Source: Geopsychrobacteraceae bacterium (lineage in GTDB: Bacteria; Desulfobacterota; Desulfuromonadia; Desulfuromonadales; Geopsychrobacteraceae). Taken from it: a stretch of DNA of 64,000 nt. The notes under the pieces are model-generated. The model searched no databases. It had not been told where the DNA came from and worked only from the letters and a program-made list of their open reading frames with translations. Below are positions 1 through 10,304 of this stretch, piece after piece (the first letter of the stretch is position 1; each line of letters begins with the position of its first letter). Made by a program: the position numbers and the translations under genes. The stretch lies in NCBI GenBank assembly GCA_963676795.2, contig CAXXTB010000001.1, forward strand, positions 640,001-704,000, given 5' to 3'.

Positions 1-2128
<2,128 letters not shown>

Positions 2129-2288
2129 AATAATTCATCCCTTGCTGGCCACGAATATTACTTGAGGGGATGGTAAAAGGCAATCTTTGCCGGTTTGCTA
2201 GCGGGCCATAGTACTTTTGGGAATGCTTCGGGGACAAACTTTCGCTATAACTAATAAAGGACTGTAAAATTTCCGCTGCAGGGGATCT

Positions 2289-3872
2289 ATGCGCATCTGT
2301 CTGGCCATCAAATATACGCTGATTATCAGTATCGTCCTGATCCTGGTTATGTCGATCAGCGCTTTCCTGCATATTGATAAGGTTCAGAGAATCTTTGCCA
2401 ACAAGGCAATGCATGAAGCCGATCTGATCAGCGAAATGATCATTCTCGATTCCTACCACCTGATGCTGGAAGACAATCGGGAACAACTGCAGTTGATGAT
2501 CGAAAAGGTCGGGGCCTCGGATAAAATAAAGCAGGTCAGAATCCTCGGCCGTGAGGGGGTTGTCGATTTCTCGGCAGACAAAGCGGAGATCGGGACCGCG
2601 CTGGGAGCCAAAGATGAAAGTTGCAGTTTCTGTCATCTGCCCGATTCCAGGGTTTTGAGCAATGCGCCGGTGGAAACCCGCAGCAAGCTTTTCAGCGATG
2701 CCGAAGGGGAACAGTCGCTGCGGATCATCCGCGGTATTTACAACGATCCCAACTGTTCTACGGCTGCCTGTCATTTTCATGATGCCTCTCAGAGTAAAAT
2801 CGGCGTTCTGGATATGGTCCTGGTCCTTGATCAGATGACGGCGCTGAGCAAGACCCATCATAGCGATGTGATTGTTTCCACGCTGATTATGATTGTTCTT
2901 CTTTCCGGGTTTCATTTTCTGCTTACCCGCAGGTATTTGAGCCGGCCGATCCGCAGTTTGCTGGAACAGAGCAAGGCGCTGGCCAAAGGGGATCTGTCCG
3001 CGCGGGTGCGTACAATCCCCAAGGATGAACTTGGCGAGCTGGCCCAATCTTTCAATGATATGGCGGATAACCTGGCACGAGCCCAGGACGAGCTCAAAGA
3101 GTGGGGAGGAACGCTGGAGCAGAAGGTCGAGGAGCGGACCGCCGAGATGGCCCGCATGCAGAGTCAGTTGGTCAGAACGGCAAAGCTGGCGTCAATGGGG
3201 CAGCTGGTCGCCGGTGTTGCTCATGAGATCAACAACCCGCTGACCGGAATACTGATGTTCGCCTCGCTGTCGGCCAAAACCCCGGAGCTTCCGCAGCAGG
3301 TCAGGGATAACCTGGAGCTGATCGTTTCTGAAACCAATCGCTGCGCCCGGATCGTCCGTGGCCTGTTGGAGTTCGCCCGTGAGTCGATCCCGGAGAAAAG
3401 ACCGGTCGATCTGAATGAGCTGCTGGCCCGGACCCTGGCCCTGGTCTCGCAGCAGGCCATCTTTCAAAATATTGAAATCTCCTGTCGTTACGGCAAGAAT
3501 CTGCCCCGCTTGCAGGCTGATGCGGATCAATTGAGACAGGTCTTCTTCAATATGATTATCAATGCCGGGCAGGCCATGCCCAACGGCGGAACCCTGCAGA
3601 TCAAAACCCGGCTGCTGGAGAGCGGAGATGAGATTCTGGTCGTCATTGAAGATAGCGGTGTCGGTATCAGTCCGGAAAATCTCGAGCGGATTTTCGATCC
3701 GTTCTTCTCGACGAAATCACAGGAAGGCTTCGGTCTTGGTCTGTCAGTCTCTTACGGTATTATCAAGAATCACGGCGGGCGTTTTGACGTGATCAGTAAA
3801 GAGGGGCAGGGGACAAGCTTCAGAATCTACCTGCCTCTGGTTCTGGATCAATCCGTTCAGGAAGGTGGCTGA
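2289..3872 (+). CDS. Membrane sensor histidine kinase with c-heme-binding periplasmic domain (HAMP-HisKA-HATPase)
   Basis: Two TM segments; CSFCH and CSTAACH motifs between them; HAMP (DELGELAQSFNDM); H-box AHEINNPL; G-boxes DSGVG and GFGLGL. Confidence 0.93.
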   Translation: MRICLAIKYTLIISIVLILVMSISAFLHIDKVQRIFANKAMHEADLISEMIILDSYHLMLEDNREQLQLMIEKVGASDKIKQVRILGREGVVDFSADKAEIGTALGAKDESCSFCHLPDSRVLSNAPVETRSKLFSDAEGEQSLRIIRGIYNDPNCSTAACHFHDASQSKIGVLDMVLVLDQMTALSKTHHSDVIVSTLIMIVLLSGFHFLLTRRYLSRPIRSLLEQSKALAKGDLSARVRTIPKDELGELAQSFNDMADNLARAQDELKEWGGTLEQKVEERTAEMARMQSQLVRTAKLASMGQLVAGVAHEINNPLTGILMFASLSAKTPELPQQVRDNLELIVSETNRCARIVRGLLEFARESIPEKRPVDLNELLARTLALVSQQAIFQNIEISCRYGKNLPRLQADADQLRQVFFNMIINAGQAMPNGGTLQIKTRLLESGDEILVVIEDSGVGISPENLERIFDPFFSTKSQEGFGLGLSVSYGIIKNHGGRFDVISKEGQGTSFRIYLPLVLDQSVQEGG

Positions 3873-3873
3873 A

Positions 3874-5307
3874 TCAGGGTAGATGGTCCTTGACAGAAAT
3901 GCCGAGTTTTTTGAGTAGCGCCTGGAAATTGGGCCTGAGCATACCTGTCTCTTCGGCCGCTTTGGTGATATTCCAGTCGTTGCGTTTCAGGGCGGCATAG
4001 ACAAAGGCTTTTTCAATCGGTTCGACAGCCTGTTCGCGGATTTTACGCTTCAGCTCTTTAAGCTCTTCGCTGTTCTGAGGAGCGATGATTTCAGTTGCAG
4101 CTCTGGGGAAGGCCGTTTCCGCCTGGAGTCCTGGCAGTTCGAGGCTGTCGCGATCGATCTGTCTGCCGTGGCAGAGGACCACGGCACGTTCGATGATGTT
4201 TTCCAGCTCCCGGACATTGCCGGGAAAGGTGTAACTACTCAAGGCCGCATAGGCATCGGCGCTCAGGCCGCTGATCTCCTTGCCGATCTCGCTGGAGAAG
4301 CGTTTCAGAAAGAAATTGATCAGCAGCGGCAGATCTCCCTGGCGTTCGCGCAGCGGGGGGATGTCGATCGGGATGATATTGAGACGGAAGTAAAGATCAT
4401 CGCGGAACTTTCCTTCTTCGACCATTTTTTCAAGGCTGCGGTTGGTTGCCGCAATCAGCCGGATGTCAATTGCTGCTGCCTTTGTTCCCCCTATCGGAGT
4501 GACTTCGCGCTGTTGCAGAACCCGAAGCAGTTTGGCCTGGGTCGCCATGCTCAGGTTGGCGATCTCGTCAAGAAACAGGGTGCCGCCATCCGCGACAGTA
4601 AACAGCCCCGGTTTTGACTGGGTTGCGCCGGTGAATGAGCCCTTGACGTGGCCGAACAGCTCGCTTTCGAGCAGGGTCTCCGGCAGCGAATTGCAGTCGA
4701 TGGCAACAAAAGTCTGATCCTTTCTGGTGCTTTTGCTGTGTATCGCTCTGGCAATCAGCTCTTTACCGGTTCCGCTTTCACCGGTGATGAGTACGGAGCT
4801 GTTGGTCGGGGCCACCTGGACAATCCGCTTGAAGACTTTCTGTATGGCGGCACTTTTGCCGATCATCATCTCGGCAAAATCGGCCGACAGGTCTTCACTG
4901 GTCAGGGGCTCTGGACTGCTGTGGCGCTGCTGAGCAATGGCGGCGGCAACCTTGGAGCAGATCTCTTCGGGGAGGAAGGGTTTGGTTAGATAATCAAAGG
5001 CTCCGTTGCGCATGGCATCGACCGCCGAGTCGACGGTGGCAAACCCGGTAATGATGATGACCGGAACATCAGGCTGAAGAATCTGGATCGTTTTCAGCAC
5101 TTCCATGCCGCTCATGATCGGCATCTTCAGGTCACTGATGACAGCGTTGAATCTCCCTTTCTGCAGTTTTTCCAGACCAATCTTGCCATTCTCCGCCAGC
5201 TCGACCAGATAGCCCTCACCGGTCAGGGCCTGCCTCAGCCCTTCACGGATGGACATTTCGTCATCGATAACCAGAATGTTTTTAACAGGCGCGCTGTTTG
5301 CGGACAT
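3874..5307 (-). CDS. Sigma-54-dependent response regulator (REC-AAA+-HTH), BccR-like
   Basis: REC (VIDDE...SDLKMP), Walker A GESGTGKE, GSFTGA and FLDEI. Divergent from the cbcBA-like operon, as Geobacter BccR is. Confidence 0.93.
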   Translation of the reverse strand: MSANSAPVKNILVIDDEMSIREGLRQALTGEGYLVELAENGKIGLEKLQKGRFNAVISDLKMPIMSGMEVLKTIQILQPDVPVIIITGFATVDSAVDAMRNGAFDYLTKPFLPEEICSKVAAAIAQQRHSSPEPLTSEDLSADFAEMMIGKSAAIQKVFKRIVQVAPTNSSVLITGESGTGKELIARAIHSKSTRKDQTFVAIDCNSLPETLLESELFGHVKGSFTGATQSKPGLFTVADGGTLFLDEIANLSMATQAKLLRVLQQREVTPIGGTKAAAIDIRLIAATNRSLEKMVEEGKFRDDLYFRLNIIPIDIPPLRERQGDLPLLINFFLKRFSSEIGKEISGLSADAYAALSSYTFPGNVRELENIIERAVVLCHGRQIDRDSLELPGLQAETAFPRAATEIIAPQNSEELKELKRKIREQAVEPIEKAFVYAALKRNDWNITKAAEETGMLRPNFQALLKKLGISVKDHLP

Positions 5308-5437
5308 CGGTTCTCCTGCAAGTGTGGCAGATGCTGTCGACCTTCTTGGATATTAGCCTAAATAAAATTCTATGAGCACCTAAAAGAATGAAATATCGGC
5401 GGTATACATATTTTAACAGACCTTTTGTCTGGCAGAA

Positions 5438-5454
5438 GTATGAATATAACATAC
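5438..5454. promoter_or_regulatory. Candidate enhancer site 1 (GTAT-N9-ATAC)
   Basis: GTATG-AATATAA-CATAC inverted repeat with the same spacing as the site at 5560-5580. Confidence 0.45.
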
Positions 5455-5559
5455 AGCATTATTGAGGCTGTTTTGCTGTTGTTTTTGTAAAGTTTTGTAA
5501 TTTCAGTTGGTTAGGATTTTTTTTGGGATTATACGTGAAGGTATTCAAAAACAGCTCAA

Positions 5560-5580
5560 ACGTATAAAAAATTTATACGT
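5560..5580. promoter_or_regulatory. Candidate enhancer site 2 (GTAT-N9-ATAC)
   Basis: Perfect 9-bp arms ACGTATAAA-aaa-TTTATACGT, ~100 bp upstream of the sigma-54 promoter. Confidence 0.55.
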
Positions 5581-5634
5581 CTAAAACGGCAGTTGTCATT
5601 TAGTGAAATGTGGAAAAGGTTGATTGTTTCATAA

Positions 5635-5647
5635 TATCAGCTAGTTA
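5635..5647 (+). promoter_or_regulatory. IHF site
   Basis: TATCAG-CTAG-TTA matches WATCAR-N4-TTR and lies between the enhancer and the sigma-54 promoter. Confidence 0.55.
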
Positions 5648-5674
5648 GGATTTAATTTGGGGATCCGTTTTGGC

Positions 5675-5691
5675 TTGGCACGACTTCTGTA
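5675..5691 (+). promoter_or_regulatory. Sigma-54 (-24/-12) promoter of the cbcBA-like operon
   Basis: TTGGCACG-ACTT-CTGTA: consensus -24 box, GG-N10-GT at -12 (GT instead of GC). Confidence 0.65.
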
Positions 5692-5745
5692 TAAGAAAAG
5701 GGAAAGTATCGTAGATAACTCGTGCCCCTTAAAATGGAGGATCTT

Positions 5746-5988
5746 ATGAATACCATGCAAACTAAAATCGCTGGACTGATGGCTCTTATGCTTCTGATTT
5801 CGTCAAGTGCTTTTGCTGCCGAAGGTGGTGCAGGCGTTGCCGGCTCTCTGCTGCTGATCCTGTTCCTTGGCTTTTTTGCTCTGATCATTGTTTTTCAACT
5901 GGTCCCTGCGTTTCTGCTGTTTGCCGGGCTGCTCAAAGGCCTGTTCGGCAAGCCCCAGGAAGCTCGGCAGAAAACTTCACGGATCTGA
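5746..5988 (+). CDS. Small membrane protein with signal peptide (Geobacter GSU0597-type)
   Basis: GGAGG RBS before ATG 5746; signal peptide ending AFA; LFLGFxALIxxxQLxPAxLLFxGxLKGLFG motif shared with 6537-6779. Confidence 0.8.
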   Translation: MNTMQTKIAGLMALMLLISSSAFAAEGGAGVAGSLLLILFLGFFALIIVFQLVPAFLLFAGLLKGLFGKPQEARQKTSRI

Positions 5989-6011
5989 ACAGTTTGATCA
6001 GGGGGTGACCT

Positions 6012-6455
6012 ATGAAGGGTCTTCTTATCGCGAACAAGGATGGTGAAGCCAGAAGCCAGCTTGAAGCTATGTTGCAGAGTTCGGCTTACGGGATCACAAC
6101 AACCGATTCGGTGGCGAATGCGCTGGAAGGCATTTTGAATAAATCGGTTCAGGTTGTGCTGATCAGCGGTCGTTTTGACGAGCATTATGTCGCCAAGTTT
6201 GTTCCGTTGCTCAAAAAGTGTGACCGGCATCTGGAAATTATTCTGGTTGCCGATGAAATGCCGTTGGAACTGTTGCGTTGCATCCGCAAGGAAGGCATTT
6301 TTTATCACGCCCTTCAGCCCGCTGAAGGGGACAGTTGGGACGAGATCCGTCAGGCTGTAGAATGCGCCTTCGCCAGTTATGATCAGCATAAAGATGGATT
6401 CCAGACTCTTTCTCTCGGAAGAGCCAGAGCCATATTGAGTAGTCTCTACTCGTAG
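6012..6455 (+). CDS. Stand-alone atypical receiver-domain protein
   Basis: REC-like pattern (LLIANKD...QVVLISG...IILVAD...IFYHALQP); the phosphoacceptor Asp position appears to be Ser. Confidence 0.75.
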   Translation: MKGLLIANKDGEARSQLEAMLQSSAYGITTTDSVANALEGILNKSVQVVLISGRFDEHYVAKFVPLLKKCDRHLEIILVADEMPLELLRCIRKEGIFYHALQPAEGDSWDEIRQAVECAFASYDQHKDGFQTLSLGRARAILSSLYS

Positions 6456-6536
6456 TTCTGACGGATACGGCTGCCACGCAATTTCGGGTCAGTTGTCTTT
6501 TTGTACGTTGAGAACAATCGAAAAAAGGAAGGTCCT

Positions 6537-6779
6537 ATGTTTAGAAAAGTCCATTACCTGGTTGTTTTTCCGTTGTTGCTGGCTGTTGTCTCTCCGGCTT
6601 TTGCTGCTGGAGCGCCGCGTGAAGACAACAGTATGTTGCTGGTATATCTGTTCTTGGGATTCTGTGCCCTGATCGTCATCTGCCAGTTGATACCGGCAAT
6701 CCTGCTTTTTGTCGGCATGCTCAAAGGACTGTTCGGCCGTAAGGGCAAAACGACGCCAGTGCCGGTAAAAATCAAGTAG
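6537..6779 (+). CDS. Small membrane protein, paralog of 5746-5988
   Basis: AAGGAAGG RBS before ATG 6537; SPAFAAGAPREDNSMLLVYLFLGFCALIVICQLIPAILLFVGMLKGLFG. Confidence 0.8.
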   Translation: MFRKVHYLVVFPLLLAVVSPAFAAGAPREDNSMLLVYLFLGFCALIVICQLIPAILLFVGMLKGLFGRKGKTTPVPVKIK

Positions 6780-6815
6780 TCCGGCATTATCATCAGATAA
6801 GTATGGGGTCACGCC

Positions 6816-7853
6816 ATGAAACGGGAAATTTTTCTGTTGCTGTTCACCGGACTGCTGTTTTTCGGAACAGGCGGGTTTCATCGTGCTTATGGCATGGACA
6901 CGGAGGAGTGTCTGGCCTGCCATATGGATTCTGATATCGTCGGTGATGCTCTTCTTGTTACCGACAGTTTCTCCCGGACTCCTCACGCTGATCTGGGCTG
7001 TAGCGCCTGTCATGAGGCTATGGACGAACACCCGGACGACGGGGAGGAGGTTGCCGGACTGGGGTGTGAGTACTGTCATGACGAGATTTCCGCAGAATAC
7101 CTCAAAACAGAACATGCTGATTATGTAAGCTGCACAGACTGTCACAATCCCCATGCTGCTCGCGGCCTGGCGGTCAGTTCGGGCGATGCTATGGACCAGC
7201 AGTGCTTCCGTTGCCATGACAGGGACGAAAGTCTCGACCGGCATGCCCGCTGGCTGCCGCTGACAGATCTGCATATCGCCAGAATTTCCTGTGTGACCTG
7301 TCATACCCAGATTCTTGATTATGCAATAGATCTTCACCTGATACGCCAGGACCGCGTGACAGGTGGGCGCCTCAACAGCAGGATCTGCAACTATGATGAA
7401 TTGAAGGATTATCTCGGAACCGATGATCTCGCAGGGCTGATCGATACGAACCGAGATCAGTATATCTCTCTGGATGAGCTGCGCAGTTTCAATCGTCATC
7501 CCGAATATGCGGCTCTGCATCTTGACGGCATCCTCATTCCCCTGAAAATGTCGCATCAGATAGGAACCCTGGACAGCCGTTATGACTGCAGCTTTTGCCA
7601 CGAGCCGGGACCGGAGCGCATGCAGACCAGTTTTCTGGTGCTGCCCAACGCGGATGGCAGTTTTTTGCATATCCCCGTTGAGCAGGGTGCTGTAATTAAC
7701 GCGACCCACGGAATCCCCGATTTTTACATGGTTGGCAGTACCCGTAATGCCTCACTGGACCTTGCCGGATTGATTCTTATCTGTGCCGGGCTGATTATGC
7801 CTGTCGTTCACGGGACATTACGTTTTTTGACCCGCAAAAACAGGCGGCATTAA
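6816..7853 (+). CDS. cbcA: Heptaheme c-type cytochrome with EF-hand and C-terminal anchor (CbcA)
   Basis: Seven CxxCH motifs (CLACH, CSACH, CEYCH, CTDCH, CFRCH, CVTCH, CSFCH); EF-hand DTNRDQYISLDE; signal peptide and C-terminal TM. Matches the G. sulfurreducens CbcA architecture and gene context. Confidence 0.88.
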   Translation: MKREIFLLLFTGLLFFGTGGFHRAYGMDTEECLACHMDSDIVGDALLVTDSFSRTPHADLGCSACHEAMDEHPDDGEEVAGLGCEYCHDEISAEYLKTEHADYVSCTDCHNPHAARGLAVSSGDAMDQQCFRCHDRDESLDRHARWLPLTDLHIARISCVTCHTQILDYAIDLHLIRQDRVTGGRLNSRICNYDELKDYLGTDDLAGLIDTNRDQYISLDELRSFNRHPEYAALHLDGILIPLKMSHQIGTLDSRYDCSFCHEPGPERMQTSFLVLPNADGSFLHIPVEQGAVINATHGIPDFYMVGSTRNASLDLAGLILICAGLIMPVVHGTLRFLTRKNRRH

Positions 7854-7869
7854 GGAGGGAGTTGCGACC

Positions 7870-8520
7870 ATGGTTGAGAAAAAAAGAATTTATCTGCAGC
7901 CGACCCCGGTACGTATCTGGCATTGGCTGAATGCTTTCGGTTTTGTCGTCCTGGGTGTTTCCGGGACGCAGATTCGTTTTCCCGAATATGTCACGGTTCT
8001 GGGCAGCTATAAAGCAGCGGTTTATCTGCATCATGCCGCCGGCTACGTGGTCACGCTGTCTTTCTGTCTCTGGTTTATCTATTACGTTGTCGTCGCGCGC
8101 AGTATCGTCAAGCTCTATCTGCCGAAGGCTGAAGATTTTAAAAACGGGGCAGTTCGCCAGGCCAAGTTTTACATGCTGACCTATTTTCTGGGTTGGGAGA
8201 ATCCACACCAGCCGACCCCTGAAAACAAGTTTAACGCCCTGCAGAAGGGCGTATATCTGGGAATCATGTTTGTCCTGGTTCCTCTGGTGAGCTTGAGCGG
8301 TCTGGTGCTGGCTAATGTCGAATCGCTGTTTGGCCTGATTCTTATGGTCGGTGGGCTCAAGCTGTTGATCGGCCTGCATTTTATCCTGGCCTGCTGCCTG
8401 ATTGCTTTTTTGCCGACTCATATCTATCTCGCAACTCTTGGTCATTCACCGATGGAGCATATCAAGACAATGTGGTTTGGCTGGGAAGAGGTTTCCAAAG
8501 AGAAAAAGGCTGATGCCTAG
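7870..8520 (+). CDS. cbcB: Di-heme cytochrome b (Ni-hydrogenase cytb-like), CbcB
   Basis: VRIWHWLNA, LHHAAG, KFNALQK and LHFILA...THIYLATLG; four TMs; directly after cbcA. Confidence 0.88.
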   Translation: MVEKKRIYLQPTPVRIWHWLNAFGFVVLGVSGTQIRFPEYVTVLGSYKAAVYLHHAAGYVVTLSFCLWFIYYVVVARSIVKLYLPKAEDFKNGAVRQAKFYMLTYFLGWENPHQPTPENKFNALQKGVYLGIMFVLVPLVSLSGLVLANVESLFGLILMVGGLKLLIGLHFILACCLIAFLPTHIYLATLGHSPMEHIKTMWFGWEEVSKEKKADA

Positions 8521-8685
8521 GAGCCTGTCGGACTTTACATGAATCTGCTGCGAAACCATCTGATCGGGCCATATTTCCGACCCTTTTCGACAAATAGCTA
8601 CGGCTATTCGCCCTCAAACGGTCGAAAATCTGTTCTCAACCAGCTGGTTTTTCGCGACGATCCGCAAAGCCCGACAGGCTGCTAG
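8517..8685. mobile_element. 161-bp MITE-like palindromic element flanked by CTAG direct repeats
   Basis: TIRs GAGCCTGTCGGACTTT (8521-8536) and AAAGCCCGACAGGCTG (8666-8681) match 14/16; CTAG at 8517-8520 and 8682-8685; nested internal inverted repeats. Confidence 0.75.
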
Positions 8686-8822
8686 TTCTTTGACTCGTCA
8701 GCGGCGTCCCGATTTCTGTGAATAGCAAAAAGATCTTGTGGCGAGCGAAGAGAGTGCTAGGCTTAATTCAGTGCCGTTGAGCTGTCATTTATCGTTGAGT
8801 GCCGTCATGTTGAGGGGACGCT

Positions 8823-9734
8823 ATGTTTAACAACCTGATCGCCCGTGCCATTGTTCCTGTCACCATTGCTGTCACCGGGTTCGTCATTTTCGGCTGTCTG
8901 TTGCTCTATACCCTGATCAAGGGGGATATGACCGCCGAAGCTCTGCATCATGTCGACGGAATTGTCGAAACGGTCGTGCGTTCGACTCACTATGCCATGA
9001 TGCAGGATGATCGCGATTCGCTACGCAATATTCTGGCCAATGTCGGAACTCTCGACGGTGTTGAGCGGATCAGGATCTACGATCAGGATGGCAAGCCCGC
9101 CTATACCGATCTTGAAGGGGTGACCGAGCCCGGTTCCATCGCTATCAAGGTCGACCAGTGGAATTCGCCATTTCTCATGCCCGATCATCCCCAGCGCGGG
9201 GAGCGCCAGCGCTATGTCGATCACTCCAACGGTTTTATTGCGGTCAGCCTGCCGATTCTCAACGAGCCGAAATGCTCTACCGCAGCCTGTCATTTCCATG
9301 CTGAAGGTGAGCCGATCCTCGGCTTTTTGAGTACCGGTGTCTCCAGTGTCAGGCTGGAAAAAACCCTGGCCCTGCTCAAAACCCGGATGATTGTTTTCTG
9401 TCTGATGGTCCTGGTGCTGACCGTCGGCGGGGTTGCTGCGCTGCTGCGCATGAATCTGTTTTTGCCGCTGATCCGCTTCATGTATAATTTACAACGGGCC
9501 GCTGGTGGAGCCAGGGAATCTGAACTGCCTCCGTCGGATCATAAGCTCGGCCAGATGAACAGGGACTTTCGTAGTCTGGTCAGGCAGCGCGACCAGGCGC
9601 GTGATGACGCCGCAGCACTAACATCCAACGATCGAGTTGCTGATGAAAGAGACGCCCCAGCCTCCGGCGGAGACTCCGCTGCCAGATATGGCTCCTCTGA
9701 AACGGCAGGTTCGGACCCGTATCAGAAGGTTTGA
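8823..9734 (+). CDS. Membrane-anchored monoheme sensor-like protein without kinase domain (CbcD-like)
   Basis: Two TMs; periplasmic CSTAACHFH identical to the motif in 2289-3872; degenerate HAMP; no H-box. Confidence 0.75.
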   Translation: MFNNLIARAIVPVTIAVTGFVIFGCLLLYTLIKGDMTAEALHHVDGIVETVVRSTHYAMMQDDRDSLRNILANVGTLDGVERIRIYDQDGKPAYTDLEGVTEPGSIAIKVDQWNSPFLMPDHPQRGERQRYVDHSNGFIAVSLPILNEPKCSTAACHFHAEGEPILGFLSTGVSSVRLEKTLALLKTRMIVFCLMVLVLTVGGVAALLRMNLFLPLIRFMYNLQRAAGGARESELPPSDHKLGQMNRDFRSLVRQRDQARDDAAALTSNDRVADERDAPASGGDSAARYGSSETAGSDPYQKV

Positions 9735-10164
9735 ACTGCTCTCAAGTGCCGGCCTGTGGGCTCTTGCACTGTTTTCGATCCTGAGTATGGGGGCCTATCG
9801 GGACTTTGATATGCTCCCCACATTCGGCGCCGGGGTGCGCAAGTTGCTTGGCTCCGGCCCGCCCGTCATGCTTATCAACTGGGCGCTGATCATCTACGGT
9901 TTTTCCGCGCTGGTTCTGATTCTTATCCAGATGGCCAGTAATAAACGGCCGCGCTGTTCCCTGTTACATCTTTTCTACCTTGGGGCCTTTTTCTTCTTTT
10001 ATCATTTCAGTAACGGTCTGGATGAAAATTTCTGGGCGCTGTTTACGGTCGGGCTGACCATTCTCGGTCTGCAGAGCTATCATTTCTGGCACTACTACCA
10101 GGAGCAGATCGACGAGCAGAAGGAGATTCTTGAAGAGTTGATCCGGCTCGAAAAGGATCTTTAG
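9643..10164 (+). CDS. Integral membrane protein (CbcE-like)
   Basis: About four hydrophobic segments; follows the CbcD-like gene as in the Geobacter Cbc5 cluster; start uncertain. Confidence 0.65.
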   Translation: MKETPQPPAETPLPDMAPLKRQVRTRIRRFELLSSAGLWALALFSILSMGAYRDFDMLPTFGAGVRKLLGSGPPVMLINWALIIYGFSALVLILIQMASNKRPRCSLLHLFYLGAFFFFYHFSNGLDENFWALFTVGLTILGLQSYHFWHYYQEQIDEQKEILEELIRLEKDL

Positions 10165-10304
10165 TCGTTGCCAGGTCTTGTCAGATCGCCTCCTCAGTCG
10201 TGTTGTCTTTTTTCGGACAGTCGCCATCTTGTTTGGATGGTATAGCCGAGAGAAACGCCTGCTTTCCATTGACAGGGACAGGGGTGATCAGAGATAAATT
10301 GGAA

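Noticed and set aside
5393..5420. Sigma-28 promoters at GCCGATAT (minus strand here and at 63483-63490)
   Set aside because: No TAAA -35 element at the required 15-bp spacing.
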